A stretch of DNA of 64,000 nt from a bacterium (GTDB lineage: Bacteria > SAR324 > NAC60-12), in contig OZ242383.1 in NCBI GenBank assembly GCA_965209155.1, positions 416,001 through 480,000 of the forward strand, in the 5' to 3' direction. The notes under the pieces were generated by a model. The model had not been told where the DNA came from, did not search any database, and worked only from the letters and a program-made list of their open reading frames with translations. Positions within the stretch are counted from its first letter, which is position 1. Each line of letters starts with the position of its first letter. Positions 41,306-51,926 of the stretch are shown one piece after another. A program made the translations under genes and the position numbers.

Positions 41306-42304
41306 ATGAGAGCGTACATCATCCGGCGCTTATTGCTGATCATCCCCACCCTGTTTCTATTGAGCATCCTGGTCTTTCTCTCGGTGCGCTTCATCCCGGG
41401 CGATGTCATAGACGCAATGATGGGTAAACCGGAATTCGCGGCCAATAAGGTAGACCGTGCAGCTCTCGAGCGTATGCTGGGATTGGACGTGCCTGTGCAC
41501 GTGCAGTATGGACGCTGGCTAGGCGTGTTGCCGACCCCTGACTTTATTACCGGTGAGTCCTACTTTAGAGGTCTCCTCCAGGGCGCCCTTGGCGAGTCAC
41601 TGTTGGGCGCTTGGCCGGTAGAGGAGAAGATATTAGGTAGACTGCCGGTCACCATTGAGCTGGGTGTCATGGCAATCCTCATCGGGCTCTTGATCGCGCT
41701 GCCGGTCGGCATCTACTCGGCGATTCGCCAGGATACTGCCGCCGACTACGCTGGGCGCTCCTTCGCCATCCTCGGCCTGGCTACGCCCAACTTCTGGTTG
41801 GCTACCATGGCCGTGCTCTACCCCTCCCTCTGGTGGGCGTGGACGCCGCCGATGGAGTGGGTTCCTTTCAGCGAAGACCCGCTGGGAAATCTCGGGATGT
41901 TGATCATTCCCAGCGTGATTTTGGGAACGGCGATGGCGGCGGCCACCATGCGGATGATGCGCACCATGATGCTGGAGGTGCTCAGGCAAGACTATATCCG
42001 CACCGCCTGGTCCAAGGGGCTCCGGGAGCGGATCGTGATCATCCGGCATAGCATCAAAAATGCCCTCATCCCGGTGATCTCCCTGATTGGTCTGCAGTTG
42101 CCGATCCTGGTCGGGGGCGCCGTGATCATGGAGAACATCTTTAACCTGCCGGGGCTCGGACGTCTCATGGTGGATGCTCTCGAAGACCGGGACTACCCGG
42201 TGGTCTCCGGGGTCAACATGTTCTTTGCCACCGGGGTGGTGCTGCTCAATCTCCTCATCGACCTGATTTATCCCTATCTGGACCCCAGGGTGCGCTATGA
42301 ATAG
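41306..42304 (+). CDS. DppB-like permease, unit 3 (intact)
   Basis: Full-length with QDYIRTAWSKGL motif. Confidence 0.92.
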   Translation: MRAYIIRRLLLIIPTLFLLSILVFLSVRFIPGDVIDAMMGKPEFAANKVDRAALERMLGLDVPVHVQYGRWLGVLPTPDFITGESYFRGLLQGALGESLLGAWPVEEKILGRLPVTIELGVMAILIGLLIALPVGIYSAIRQDTAADYAGRSFAILGLATPNFWLATMAVLYPSLWWAWTPPMEWVPFSEDPLGNLGMLIIPSVILGTAMAAATMRMMRTMMLEVLRQDYIRTAWSKGLRERIVIIRHSIKNALIPVISLIGLQLPILVGGAVIMENIFNLPGLGRLMVDALEDRDYPVVSGVNMFFATGVVLLNLLIDLIYPYLDPRVRYE

Positions 42305-42353
42305 TCACTGGCGCGACAAAGGTATTAGGTGTTAGGTTTAACAGACCAGAAAA

Positions 42354-42427
42354 CGGTAGGGCCGTGTGACGTCCCGGCCAAGGGGAGCGGTGCTTTTGTC
42401 AGGCCGGGACGTCACCCGGCCCTACCG
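42354..42427. repeat. Long REP-like palindrome upstream of dppC (also 49177-49250 and 51838-51908)
   Basis: ggtagggccg(g/t)gtgacgtcccggcc ... ggccgggacgtcacccggccctacc. Confidence 0.88.
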
Positions 42428-42444
42428 ATCGAGAAATCGGGATC

Positions 42445-43412
42445 ATGAGCAACACCATAGAGATACCCTCCCCCATCCGTGAGCCCAAGCGACGAGGCCG
42501 GTTTGCGGATTTCTTCATCCGGTTGTGGTAGGAGAAGCCGCTGGGGTCGTTCTGCGGGATGATCATCCTACTCTTGATTTTTGTTGCGCTCTTTGCGGAT
42601 GTGTTGACCCCGTATCCCTATGATATACTCAACCTGGTAGACCGGCTGCAGGGTACATCCGTCCAGCATCTGCTGGGGACCGACCAGTTGGGCCGAGACC
42701 TCCTGAGCCGCCTGATCTTCGGGGCTCGTATTTCGTTGCTTGTTGGTCTTGCCGCGACCACGCTGAATGTTGTTGTCGCTGTGCTGATAGGCGGGGTTTC
42801 GGGATTCCTTGGTGGTAAATTGGACCTGGTCGTGCAGCGATTTGTCGATGCCTGGATGGCTTTTCCGGGACTGCTGCTCTTGTTAACGATTATGTCCATA
42901 GCGGGGCAAGGTCTGTTACAGATAATACTGGTCCTGGGGATAGCAGGGGGCATCGGCAGCTCAAGAGTAGCCCGAGGCGCCGTAATCGGCATTAAAGAGA
43001 ATGACTATTTTCTGGCAGCCCGGGCCGTGGGTACCCCGACCAGCCAAATCCTGATCCGCCATGTCCTGCCCAATATTATGGCGCCCCTCATCATCATCTT
43101 CAGCATCAACATCGGGGGGTGATTATCAGTGAGGCGTCGCTGAGCTTTCTCGGATTCGGTCTGCCTGCCCATATTCCCAGCTGGGGAGGGATGCTCAGCC
43201 GGGAAGGGCGTGTCTACATGGAGATGGCGCCCTGGCTGGCGCTCTGGCCTGGTCTTGCCCTGACGATTACCGTCTACAGTCTCAACATGTTCGGCGACGC
43301 CTTGCGGGATCTGCTCGATCCCCGGCTGCGAGGCGGACAGGGCAGTTATGGCACCACCGCGAAACGCAAAAAAGGCCTCCTCGCCCGGCTGATCAACCCT
43401 TTCAACGGGTAA
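42445..43412 (+). pseudogene. DppC-like permease, unit 3; in-frame TAG at 42529 and frameshift in a G run near 43118
   Basis: Compared with the intact unit 1 copy. Confidence 0.87.
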
Positions 43413-43544
43413 GCGCACCAACGGAGCCCCCCCCCTTTTTCCTTCCTGAGAATCGCTGTTTTTTCTTCTGCGTCAAGTTTGGGCCATTGGAAAGAATCAA
43501 GCCCGAGAGAATCTATTCCTTTTTTAGACCTAGGTTTTTCATAG

Positions 43545-43670
43545 TGCTATCGACCAGCTAACCGGGGAAAACCCAGTGAGATTTTTGGATTGAATGGATT
43601 AACTCCGTTGAACCCTGAAAAAGAGACAAATTTTTACGGGTTTGACTCCGTGTTCAACGTCTTGTTAAGC
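43545..43670 (-). other. Degenerate attC-like site downstream of the GNAT TA pair
   Basis: Minus strand GCTTAAC aagacg TTGAACacgg ... ccggTTAG ctggtc GATAGCA (R' has GAT for GTT). Confidence 0.5.
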
Positions 43671-43709
43671 AACATGTTTTGATTGATCCATTTACTCATT
43701 TTAAAAAAT

Positions 43710-44222
43710 TTATTTTCCTAATACTGTATCATAAGCTTGCTGTAGCATGGTCAATGGTAAGAAGAGTTGTAATTCGTTGCTAGGCATCGGCATAAATCTA
43801 AATTGGTCATAATATTTTTGTGCTTCTCTATCTTTCGCATCTACAAAAAATCCTATAATTCCAATGTTTTTTGAAATGAGAAGTGTTCGTTCAATGGCAT
43901 TGATCATCATATATTTTCCTAACCCTTGTCTTTGACATTTTTTGGAAACAGCAAGACGGCCCAGCTTAGACGCTGGTACTTTGCTTGGATATTGCTTGGC
44001 ATATTTAGCAGGTAATTCCTCTGCCTGGATTTCACTAAAAGCTAAGGTAAAGAATCCCAATATTTCATGGGGTTGTTCTTCTTCAACTACCACAAAAGTT
44101 CTGGAAATTCCTTTCACAAGATGCTGTCTCGCTGTGTTTCTGAGATATTGGTTTAATTCCTCTACGCCACAATCAAATTTAATGCGATCATGCTTTTTGG
44201 TGAGTTCCTCGATTTTCAACAT
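43710..44222 (-). CDS. GNAT acetyltransferase toxin (AtaT/TacT-like)
   Basis: FDCG..ELN.YL, LGRLAVS...QRQGLG, VDAKD. Confidence 0.88.
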   Translation of the reverse strand: MLKIEELTKKHDRIKFDCGVEELNQYLRNTARQHLVKGISRTFVVVEEEQPHEILGFFTLAFSEIQAEELPAKYAKQYPSKVPASKLGRLAVSKKCQRQGLGKYMMINAIERTLLISKNIGIIGFFVDAKDREAQKYYDQFRFMPMPSNELQLFLPLTMLQQAYDTVLGK

Positions 44223-44496
44223 TAGAAAATGCCTCTTGATATGATTTCATCGCTTCCAATAGCTTCTCATTAATAGGGGGTGGATTCTCTACTGTATCAA
44301 AGAACACTTTTGCATCTCGTTTAGTCATATGAATAACTCGCTCTTTCTCTAAAACCTGATCTGCTTTTTCAAGTGCTGATTGTACTAAGAACTGATTCAA
44401 TGTTGCCCCTACCAATTGAGATGCTTCAGTCAGTTTTTCATAGACATGTAGAGGAATTCTTGCCGAGACTCGTTCTGTGCGTTTAACTGCTGACAT
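44188..44496 (-). CDS. DUF1778 RHH antitoxin
   Basis: ERVSARI, LNQFLVQSALEKA, ENPPPIN; upstream of the GNAT toxin. Confidence 0.88.
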   Translation of the reverse strand: MSAVKRTERVSARIPLHVYEKLTEASQLVGATLNQFLVQSALEKADQVLEKERVIHMTKRDAKVFFDTVENPPPINEKLLEAMKSYQEAFSNVENRGTHQKA

Positions 44497-44540
44497 TTTG
44501 ACCTCCTTGATTTGAAATAAAATAATGATTTATTCTACTC

Positions 44541-44780
44541 GACTTTGAACATTTTTACATATGGTTCCCACGGGGACCATGGGAACCTGAGAAGACGGAC
44601 CGCGCGGCGGACCGACTCCGCGTCCTGACTGCAGAGCGGTCAAATAGTGCGTTCCAACGCAGAGCATTGGAACGAAAAATAAGTCACATCGTGTGAAAAC
44701 AATGACATGTTTAATTATCAGTCATTGTTCTCAAAGCCTTATTCCTTCAACAACGAAATTTTGTCGAAATGTTCAAAGTC
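44541..44780. repeat. MITE-like element with 14-bp inverted ends and internal REP-like hairpins
   Basis: gactttgaacattt / aaatgttcaaagtc. Confidence 0.55.
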
Positions 44781-44967
44781 CAGATTCTACTACTGTGATG
44801 TCAAAATGGCAACTAGAAATATTTAAATGACACCATAATGGCGACATAAAGGAAGTATATGAGGTGAGAAATGGGAGTGTGCTTAACGTCAAGGTTACTT
44901 GCGCCCACCTGATCATGACGAGGCCTTCACCCCTTCCGAGGCATCAAAGAGGCTTAAAGCATTTCTA

Positions 44968-46182
44968 CTGGTCTTTCGTTTTCTTTTGTGATCGTTTTCT
45001 ACGAAATCGTCTTGGGCTGACGAATTTTAAGAATTTCGGCTTGTTTTTCGTTTTCTTTTGTGATAGTTCTAAGAAATCAGCCTTTGGCTGTAGGTTTTAT
45101 TTCAATGTCGCTCCTATTTTGAACCGAAGGTCATCTAAAACCTCATCTCCTCCCCAGAGGATTTTTAGAAACGTTCAACGGGGAATGGAAAAGTGCTAAA
45201 AATGTTGACTTCTGGATCTCAATATGAAAAAAATATTTTCGTTGATCATCAGAAGACACTCATGAATGAATGAGTCGCCCTGTTCAAAAAAACCTTGATA
45301 CATTTGCAGAGCGATTATACTATTTCCAGGTATGAGAAAAATTTGCTTTAAATGACTAAATCGGATCCGTCTTAAAAAATATGTTGATTTTTTTCTGGAT
45401 ATAAAATATTTTCTTAAAGAGTCGCTGTCGCGAAATGGCTTTTCGCTGTCAGCTATCAATCAGGATGATATGAAAGTCTGAAATTAACCCGTCAAATATA
45501 AAATAGCTTGACAAAAGGTTAATATGGGAGTATCATTCAATCACCCGGCACCCGGCACCCGGCACCCGGCACCCGGCACCCGGCACCCGGCACCCGGCAC
45601 CCGGCACCCGGCACCCGGCACCCGGCACACAGCACCCACGTTTTAAATCCCAAGTCCCCAGTTCATTGGATTGTCCCCCCTTATCTCATCTCGACTTCAG
45701 GGAGAGATCCTTGAATTACCCCTCAGTTCATTTCAGCCAATGGAAATTCCTCAAGAGAATTTAAAGTACATGGTTCATTGCCCAATCCTGGAGCCATGAA
45801 TCGTTTTTTTGATCACTCCAAAATGAAGGAGACCCAATGGGTAGAGAAATCGTCGAGAACGGGCTTTCGGGAACGAAAGCAGGTTTTAAATCAATCCTAA
45901 ATCTTGTTTTTAATCAAAAAGCAGAAAGGAACACCATGAACCGTCAAAAAAGTAGAGGAATCGTCGAGAACGTGCTTTCGGGAACGAAAGCAGGTTTTAA
46001 TAATCTTGTTTTTAATCAAAAAGCAGAAAGGAGCACCATGAACCGTCAAAAAAGTAGAGAAATCGTCGACAACGTGCTTTCGGGAAGGAAAGCAGGTTTT
46101 AAAGCAATCCTAAATCTTGTTTTTAATCAAAAAAAAGAAAGGAAAAAGATGGATAATCAAAAAAGCAAATCAACCTTCAGTG
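44968..46182 (+). repeat. Conserved leader copy, unit 4, with (CACCCGG)12 and three tandem RBS/ATG units
   Basis: Direct sequence comparison with other copies. Confidence 0.92.
45542..45625. repeat. Heptamer VNTR (CACCCGG)x12
   Basis: 12 perfect copies counted. Confidence 0.97.
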
Positions 46183-47933
46183 CAACCCTGCTGGCCCTCG
46201 TCTTGGGTACATTTGCCTTTTGGACAGGCCCGACCGCCGTGACCGGGCAAGAGATGGTCAAAGATCCCACCACGGGCCAGATGGTGAGCAAGCCTAAGTA
46301 TGGGGGGAGATTCACTTTTGCCACGGGGGGATATGAGCCTGTGCATACTGACCCCGTGCTCCACGGCGGCGTGGGCGTGGCTACCGCCAGCGTGTCAGAG
46401 CAACTGGCCATGGGGAACTGGGGAATAAATCGGGACGAAGTTGACTTCTCAAGCCAGTTCATCCCTGTCTCGGCTGCGAGAGGGCAGTTGGCCGAGCGCT
46501 GGGAACTGCCCGACCCCCTCACCTATATTTTCCACATCCGCCAGGGCGTTCGCTGGCACAAGAAGCCCCCCATGAATGGTCGGGCGCTCACGGCCCGGGA
46601 TATCGAATATAACTATCATCGTAATTTGGGTCTGGGCAGCGGCTTCACCGAAAAAGCCGAGGGCTTTGCCGCCTCTCTCCTAACGGTTCCCATCGAATCG
46701 ATCAGGGCCACCGATGAGGCGACGGTTGTTTTTAAGCTGAAAGAACCAAGGTTAACGGCCCTACATTCGATCCTGATCACGGACAACGCGTCATTTATCT
46801 TGCCCCCCGAAGTCATCCGGCAACACGGCGACGTAAAGGATTGGAGGACCCTGGTCGGCACCGGTCCCTATGAGCTGACTGACTGGGTCGAGGGCACCTC
46901 CATGACTCATACCAGGAATCCTGATTACTGGGGCCACGACGAAAAATACCCGCAGAACCGCTTGCCCTATATCGACGAGTTGAGGATGCTGTTTTTGAAA
47001 GATCAAGCGACCTATCTGGCGGCCCTGCGCTCGGGAAAGGTGGATTACCTGGGTTTCACCGCTGGTGTCTCTGACATCGTCTCGATCGATCAGGTGGAAA
47101 GCCTCCGCAAGACCAACCCTGAAATCCGGCTGATCCCGTGGTGGGACCGTAGCGAAACCTCTTATGCGCTTGACGTCTCCAAGCCGCCCTTTGACGACAT
47201 CCGGGTGCGTCAGGCGATGCAGAGGGCCCTGGACCTCAAGACCATTAACGATTCCTACTACAAGGGCGACGCCAAGTGGCAACCTCAGGGAGTCATCGGG
47301 GAAGCGCTCAACGGATACACGCCCTTTGACCAGTGGCCCGAGCGGTTCAAGCAAAGCTATGCCTATGACCCGGAAGGAGCCAAAAAGCTTCTGAAGGAAG
47401 CGGGCTATCCCAACGGCTTCAAGACCGTCTTGAACCACTTCGGTGAGTTCGATTTAAGCTATACCGAATTAGCCGCCGAATACTTTAGGGCCATTGGGGT
47501 TGATGTAGAGATTAGGGTTTTGGACCGCGCGTCTTTCATCCCTCTGGTAATGGAAGGTACAATGGAAGGGATAGCCATGACGATTCAGGGCTGGAATATT
47601 CCATGGGGGGCAGCGGGGGCTCTACGCTTTCGCATGCACTCGACCTCAGACTGGAACCTCCACAAATTCAAAGACGCTGAGGTGGACGCCAAGATTGAAG
47701 CCGCCGAAGCCGCTGCCACCATGGAGGAGCAACTCAGTTTGGCCAGTGAGCTTGATATGAAGCTGATCGAGCAGCATTGGTATGTCTGGGGTCCGAAAGC
47801 CGGCAAGTTCATGGCGGTCCAGCCGTGGGTCAAGGGGTATAACGGCGAAGTCCACCTGGGACCCCAGAACCGCTTGCCCATCTTCGCCCGCCTCTGGATT
47901 GATAGTGAGCTGAAGGAAGCAATGGGTCATTAG
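45837..47933 (+). CDS. Family-5 ABC SBP, unit 4; signal-peptide start 46149
   Basis: Family motifs; thrice-repeated N-terminal extension. Confidence 0.92.
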   Translation: MGREIVENGLSGTKAGFKSILNLVFNQKAERNTMNRQKSRGIVENVLSGTKAGFNNLVFNQKAERSTMNRQKSREIVDNVLSGRKAGFKAILNLVFNQKKERKKMDNQKSKSTFSATLLALVLGTFAFWTGPTAVTGQEMVKDPTTGQMVSKPKYGGRFTFATGGYEPVHTDPVLHGGVGVATASVSEQLAMGNWGINRDEVDFSSQFIPVSAARGQLAERWELPDPLTYIFHIRQGVRWHKKPPMNGRALTARDIEYNYHRNLGLGSGFTEKAEGFAASLLTVPIESIRATDEATVVFKLKEPRLTALHSILITDNASFILPPEVIRQHGDVKDWRTLVGTGPYELTDWVEGTSMTHTRNPDYWGHDEKYPQNRLPYIDELRMLFLKDQATYLAALRSGKVDYLGFTAGVSDIVSIDQVESLRKTNPEIRLIPWWDRSETSYALDVSKPPFDDIRVRQAMQRALDLKTINDSYYKGDAKWQPQGVIGEALNGYTPFDQWPERFKQSYAYDPEGAKKLLKEAGYPNGFKTVLNHFGEFDLSYTELAAEYFRAIGVDVEIRVLDRASFIPLVMEGTMEGIAMTIQGWNIPWGAAGALRFRMHSTSDWNLHKFKDAEVDAKIEAAEAAATMEEQLSLASELDMKLIEQHWYVWGPKAGKFMAVQPWVKGYNGEVHLGPQNRLPIFARLWIDSELKEAMGH

Positions 47934-48129
47934 GGGTTTCACCGCTTGTGGTGACCTTAGGGAAAAAGGGGGTCGGGGGGTCCTTGGCGCGGAGGCTTGA
48001 GCCTCCCAGCTCCCTAACTCATTGAATAATGAGACGGCAATGGGATTGCCACGCCCCGAATGAAATCGGGGCTTGCAATGACAAAGGAGGGTTGGTAATG
48101 ACGAGGGAAGTCGCAATAAGGTGTGCCAC

Positions 48130-49127
48130 ATGAGAGCCTATATCATCAGGCGGTTATTGCTGATAATCCCCACCTTGTTTATATTGACCATCCTCGTCTT
48201 TCTCTCCGTCCGCTTCATCCCCGGCGATGTCATAGACGTAATGGTTGCAGATTTGGTGCACACTGGCGGCGATATAGACCGTGAAGCTCTGAGCGTAAGC
48301 TGGGATTAGACGTGCCTGTTCACGTGCAGTATGGACGCTGGTTGGGAGGTATCTTACTACACGGCAGCCTTGGCGAACCACTGCGTGGCGGTTTGACAGT
48401 AGAGGAGAAGATACTCGCCAGATTGCCGGTAACCATTGAGCTTGGTCTCCTGGCAATCGTAATCGGGCTGGTGATAGCCCTGCCCGTCGGCATCTACTCG
48501 GCGATTCGCCAGTATACGGCCGCCGACTACGTGGGGCGCTCCTTCGCCGTCATCGGCCTGGCAACGCCTAACTTCTGGCTGGGAGTGATGGTGATGATCT
48601 ACCCGGCCATCTGGTGGGGCTGGGCGCCGCCGCTGGAGCTGATTCCATTCACGGAAGACCCACTGGGGAACCTCGGGGTGTTCCTCGTTCTCAGCCTGAT
48701 TCTGGGGACGGCCATGGCTGCAGCCACCATGCGGATGACGCGCACCATGATGCTGGAGGTGCTGATGCAGGACTATATCAGGACCGCCTGGTCCAAGGGA
48801 CTCCGGGAACGGGTCGTGATTATTCGGCACACCATCAAAAATGCCCTCATCCCGATAGTGACGCATTCAACTGGGCTTCTTGGCCGCGCTGCGGCCGCCT
48901 AACTTCTCTGCGGCCTGCAGTTGCCGATCCTGGTCGGCGGCGCGGTGATCATGGAGAACATCTTCAACCTGCCAGGGATCGGGCGTCTATTGGTAAATGC
49001 CCTCAATGACCGAGACTACCCGATTGTCTCCGGAGTCAACCTGTTTTTTGCCACCGGGGTAGTCCTGCTCAATCTCTTCATCGACCTGATTTATCCTTAT
49101 TTGGACCCGAGGGTGCGGTATAAATAG
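48130..49127 (+). pseudogene. DppB-like permease, unit 4; frameshift near 48296 and 48-bp insert with a stop (48863-48910)
   Basis: Three ORF fragments. Confidence 0.87.
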
Positions 49128-49267
49128 TCGCTGGCGCGACAAAGGTATTAGGTGTTAGGTTTAACAGACCAGAAAACGGTAGGGCCGGGTGACGTCCCGG
49201 CCAAGGGGAGCGGTGCTTTTGTCAGGCCGGGACGTCACCCGGCCCTACCGATCGAGAAATCGGGATC

Positions 49268-50238
49268 ATGAGCAACACCACAGAGACGCCCTCCCCCATC
49301 CGTGAATCCAAGCGACGGGGTCGGTTTGCGGATTTCTTTACCAGGCTGGTCAGGGAGAAGCCGCTGGGGACGTTCTGCGGAATCATCGTCTTGCTCTTCA
49401 TTTTGGTGGCGATCTTTGCCGAGGTGCTGGCTCCTTATCCTTTTGGCAAGTACACCCGGCAGACAGGATGCAGAACTCATCAGCCCGATATCTGCTGGGA
49501 ACCGACTAGCTGGGGCGAGACTTCTTGAGCCGCCTGATCTACGGGACTCGTCTTTCGTTAATTATCGGTCTGACCGCGACCACGCTCAATGTGGTCGTCG
49601 CTGTCCTGATCGGCGGCATTTCAGGATTCCTTGGGGGAAAATTGGACCTGGCTGCACAGAGATTTGTCGATGCCTGGATGGCCTTCCCGGGACTGCTCAT
49701 CTTGTTAACCATCATGTCCCTGGTGGGGCGGGGTTTGCCGCAGATCATCGTGGTCCTGGGGATCGCCGGAGGCATCACCGCTTCAAGAATAGTCAGAAGC
49801 TCCGTGATCGGTGTTAAAGAGAATGACTATTTTCTGGCAGCCAGGGCTGTGGGCACCCCCACGACCCAAATCCTGTTACGGCATGTCCTGCCCAATATTA
49901 TGGCGCCCCTCATCATCATCTTCAGCATCAACATCGGGGGGGTGATTATCTCTGCGGCTGCTCTGAGCTTTCTCGGATACGGTCTGCCAGCCGAGATTCC
50001 CGAGTGGGGAGGGATGCTCAGCCGGGAAGGACGCCGCTTCATGGAGCAAGCCCCCTGGCTGGCCTTCTGGCCGGGGCTGTTCCTGACGATTGTCGTCTAC
50101 TCCCTCAACATGTTCGGCGATGCCATGCGGGATCTGCTCGACCCCCGGCTGCGGGGCGATGAGGGCAGTTATGGCACCGCAAAGAGGAAACGCAAACGAG
50201 GCCTCCTCGCCCGATTGATCAACCCTTTCAAATGGTAA
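49268..50238 (+). pseudogene. DppC-like permease, unit 4; disrupted near 49450-49510
   Basis: Split ORFs 49268-49528 and 49525-50238. Confidence 0.85.
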
Positions 50239-50386
50239 ACGCACAAAACTTGTCCTCGTGAAAACGGGGAGCAGCTTTCAGAATAGATCCGCATCATTGG
50301 AAGTGATTATTGGGTCAAGCCGCTTATGTGGTACTCAATTGGTACTCGGAAGACAAAGCTCGGTCAGTATTTAGTCAGTTAAATGT

Positions 50387-50630
50387 CAGTGAGGAGATGA
50401 CATAGTGAATTGCTTTTCCAATTGATCAAGTAGGATTTTTAACTCCTTAGCTGTTTTCTCAAAGAGTTCTTTTTTTGGAGATGGGGATTGTTTTAACATT
50501 TTTTGAGCAAATCGAATTTCACCAACCAACTCGCCTTTATCCAACCCTTTCTGAATTCCTTTCTGGATTCCCTTTTGGATTCCTTTTTTTCGCTTTGAGC
50601 AATCAACTGTTCTGCAATTGACATAGCTTG
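50387..50630 (-). pseudogene. Remnant resembling an Rpn-type C-terminal tail (MSIAEQL...GIQKGIQKG)
   Basis: Manual minus-strand translation. Confidence 0.45.
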
Positions 50631-50637
50631 TACCAGG

Positions 50638-51432
50638 CTATTTTCTAGCGTTCAGCATACTACGTAACATTTTTGGTGGATATGCTTTACGAACTTTTTT
50701 CAATTTTTCTAAGGGAGTTGTGCCAAATACGTCTTCACCATATTTAATGAAAGAAGATTCGATATGATTTTCGATGAGTTCTTTATCGTTTGGAAACTTA
50801 TTTTTGTAAGCTCTTGAAAGATTACCTAGATAGTCACTAATTTGCATTTCAATATATTCTTGTTTTGTCTCACATTCGTACTCCATCAGTTTTCCTAAAA
50901 AGATAGTCCTGATCGTTTTTTCTCCATTATTAAAATCGCTATTAAAGGCTTGGGGCTCAAGATAGAATAATTTAAATACTTCAATATCGATGCTTTCTGG
51001 TAGGTATTTGGAACTCTCTAATTTATTCAGACTGTAGAGGGTTATACGCTGAAGGTAAGAAGGATCTTTGTCGATCAGAGATAAAATATCCTTAATATGA
51101 ATCAATTCATGTGTGATTGAATTTTCTTGATTTATCAAGTTTTTGATCTTGGGATCATATCCATCTGCCATTGTAATGACGGGCAGATAATAGTTATCCG
51201 TATATTCAGGCAGTATGTTATGAATTTGAAGGAGTAATCCTACCATTTGTGCTGCAAAAACCTGATCGGTTTCAATTCTCAATAAAATATATGGAAATCC
51301 ATCTTTTCTTTCCAGTAAAGATTCTGTGGCGCGAAGGGAGCCATAGACATTTTGTTCTTCCAATAGTTTCTCTAAACGCCCAAATTGTTGTGAATCCAAT
51401 AATTTTAAGTAAATTTCTTGATAGCTTAACAT
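50638..51432 (-). CDS. AT-rich hypothetical protein with HExxH motif (ITHELIH); cassette-like
   Basis: 264-aa ORF following an attC-like site. Confidence 0.7.
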   Translation of the reverse strand: MLSYQEIYLKLLDSQQFGRLEKLLEEQNVYGSLRATESLLERKDGFPYILLRIETDQVFAAQMVGLLLQIHNILPEYTDNYYLPVITMADGYDPKIKNLINQENSITHELIHIKDILSLIDKDPSYLQRITLYSLNKLESSKYLPESIDIEVFKLFYLEPQAFNSDFNNGEKTIRTIFLGKLMEYECETKQEYIEMQISDYLGNLSRAYKNKFPNDKELIENHIESSFIKYGEDVFGTTPLEKLKKVRKAYPPKMLRSMLNARK

Positions 51433-51660
51433 ATTCTATATCCTTATATTCAACCGTCTAACTCAATTTCCCAAACCCAATACCGAGCTTCTTTTTAAAA
51501 TGAATTATTTCCATTTTGCATGATCAATCATCTTTTTAAATTGAATCTCTATAAAGCTTAAAGGAGATTTTCCCGTCTTTTTCCATTCATACCTATTCTG
51601 TCGAAAGAATGTCAATTAGAAAAGATCCGTATCGATAAGGCAATACGAATTTTTATGCGT

Positions 51661-51778
51661 TGCTAACATTTTAGTTAAGCCGCTTTGCAAGAGTATGGAG
51701 CGAGGTAAGCCCAGTCTTCCTTGAGTGAATCTTTGATGGTGTTGAGGATGCAAAGTCAGCTTCAACGGCTGGTTGGAC
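51661..51778 (-). other. attC-like integron recombination site
   Basis: Minus strand GTCCAAC cagcc GTTGAAGCTGActttgca ... tgcaaagCGGCTTAAC taaaat GTTAGCA: R'', L'' with extra base, L', R'. Confidence 0.8.
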
Positions 51779-51926
51779 AGACCCGCGGGTCCGAAGCGAA
51801 AGGGGTGAGGGGTTAGGATTAATATAGCCAAGAAAACGGTAGGGCCGGGTGACGTCCCGGCCAATGCGAGCGATGCGTTTTCAGGCCGGGACGTCACCCG
51901 GCCCTACCTATAGAGAAATCGAGAAA

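Noticed and set aside
45542..46160. Possible CRISPR array
   Set aside because: Repeats are contiguous tandem units without unique spacers, and no cas genes are present.
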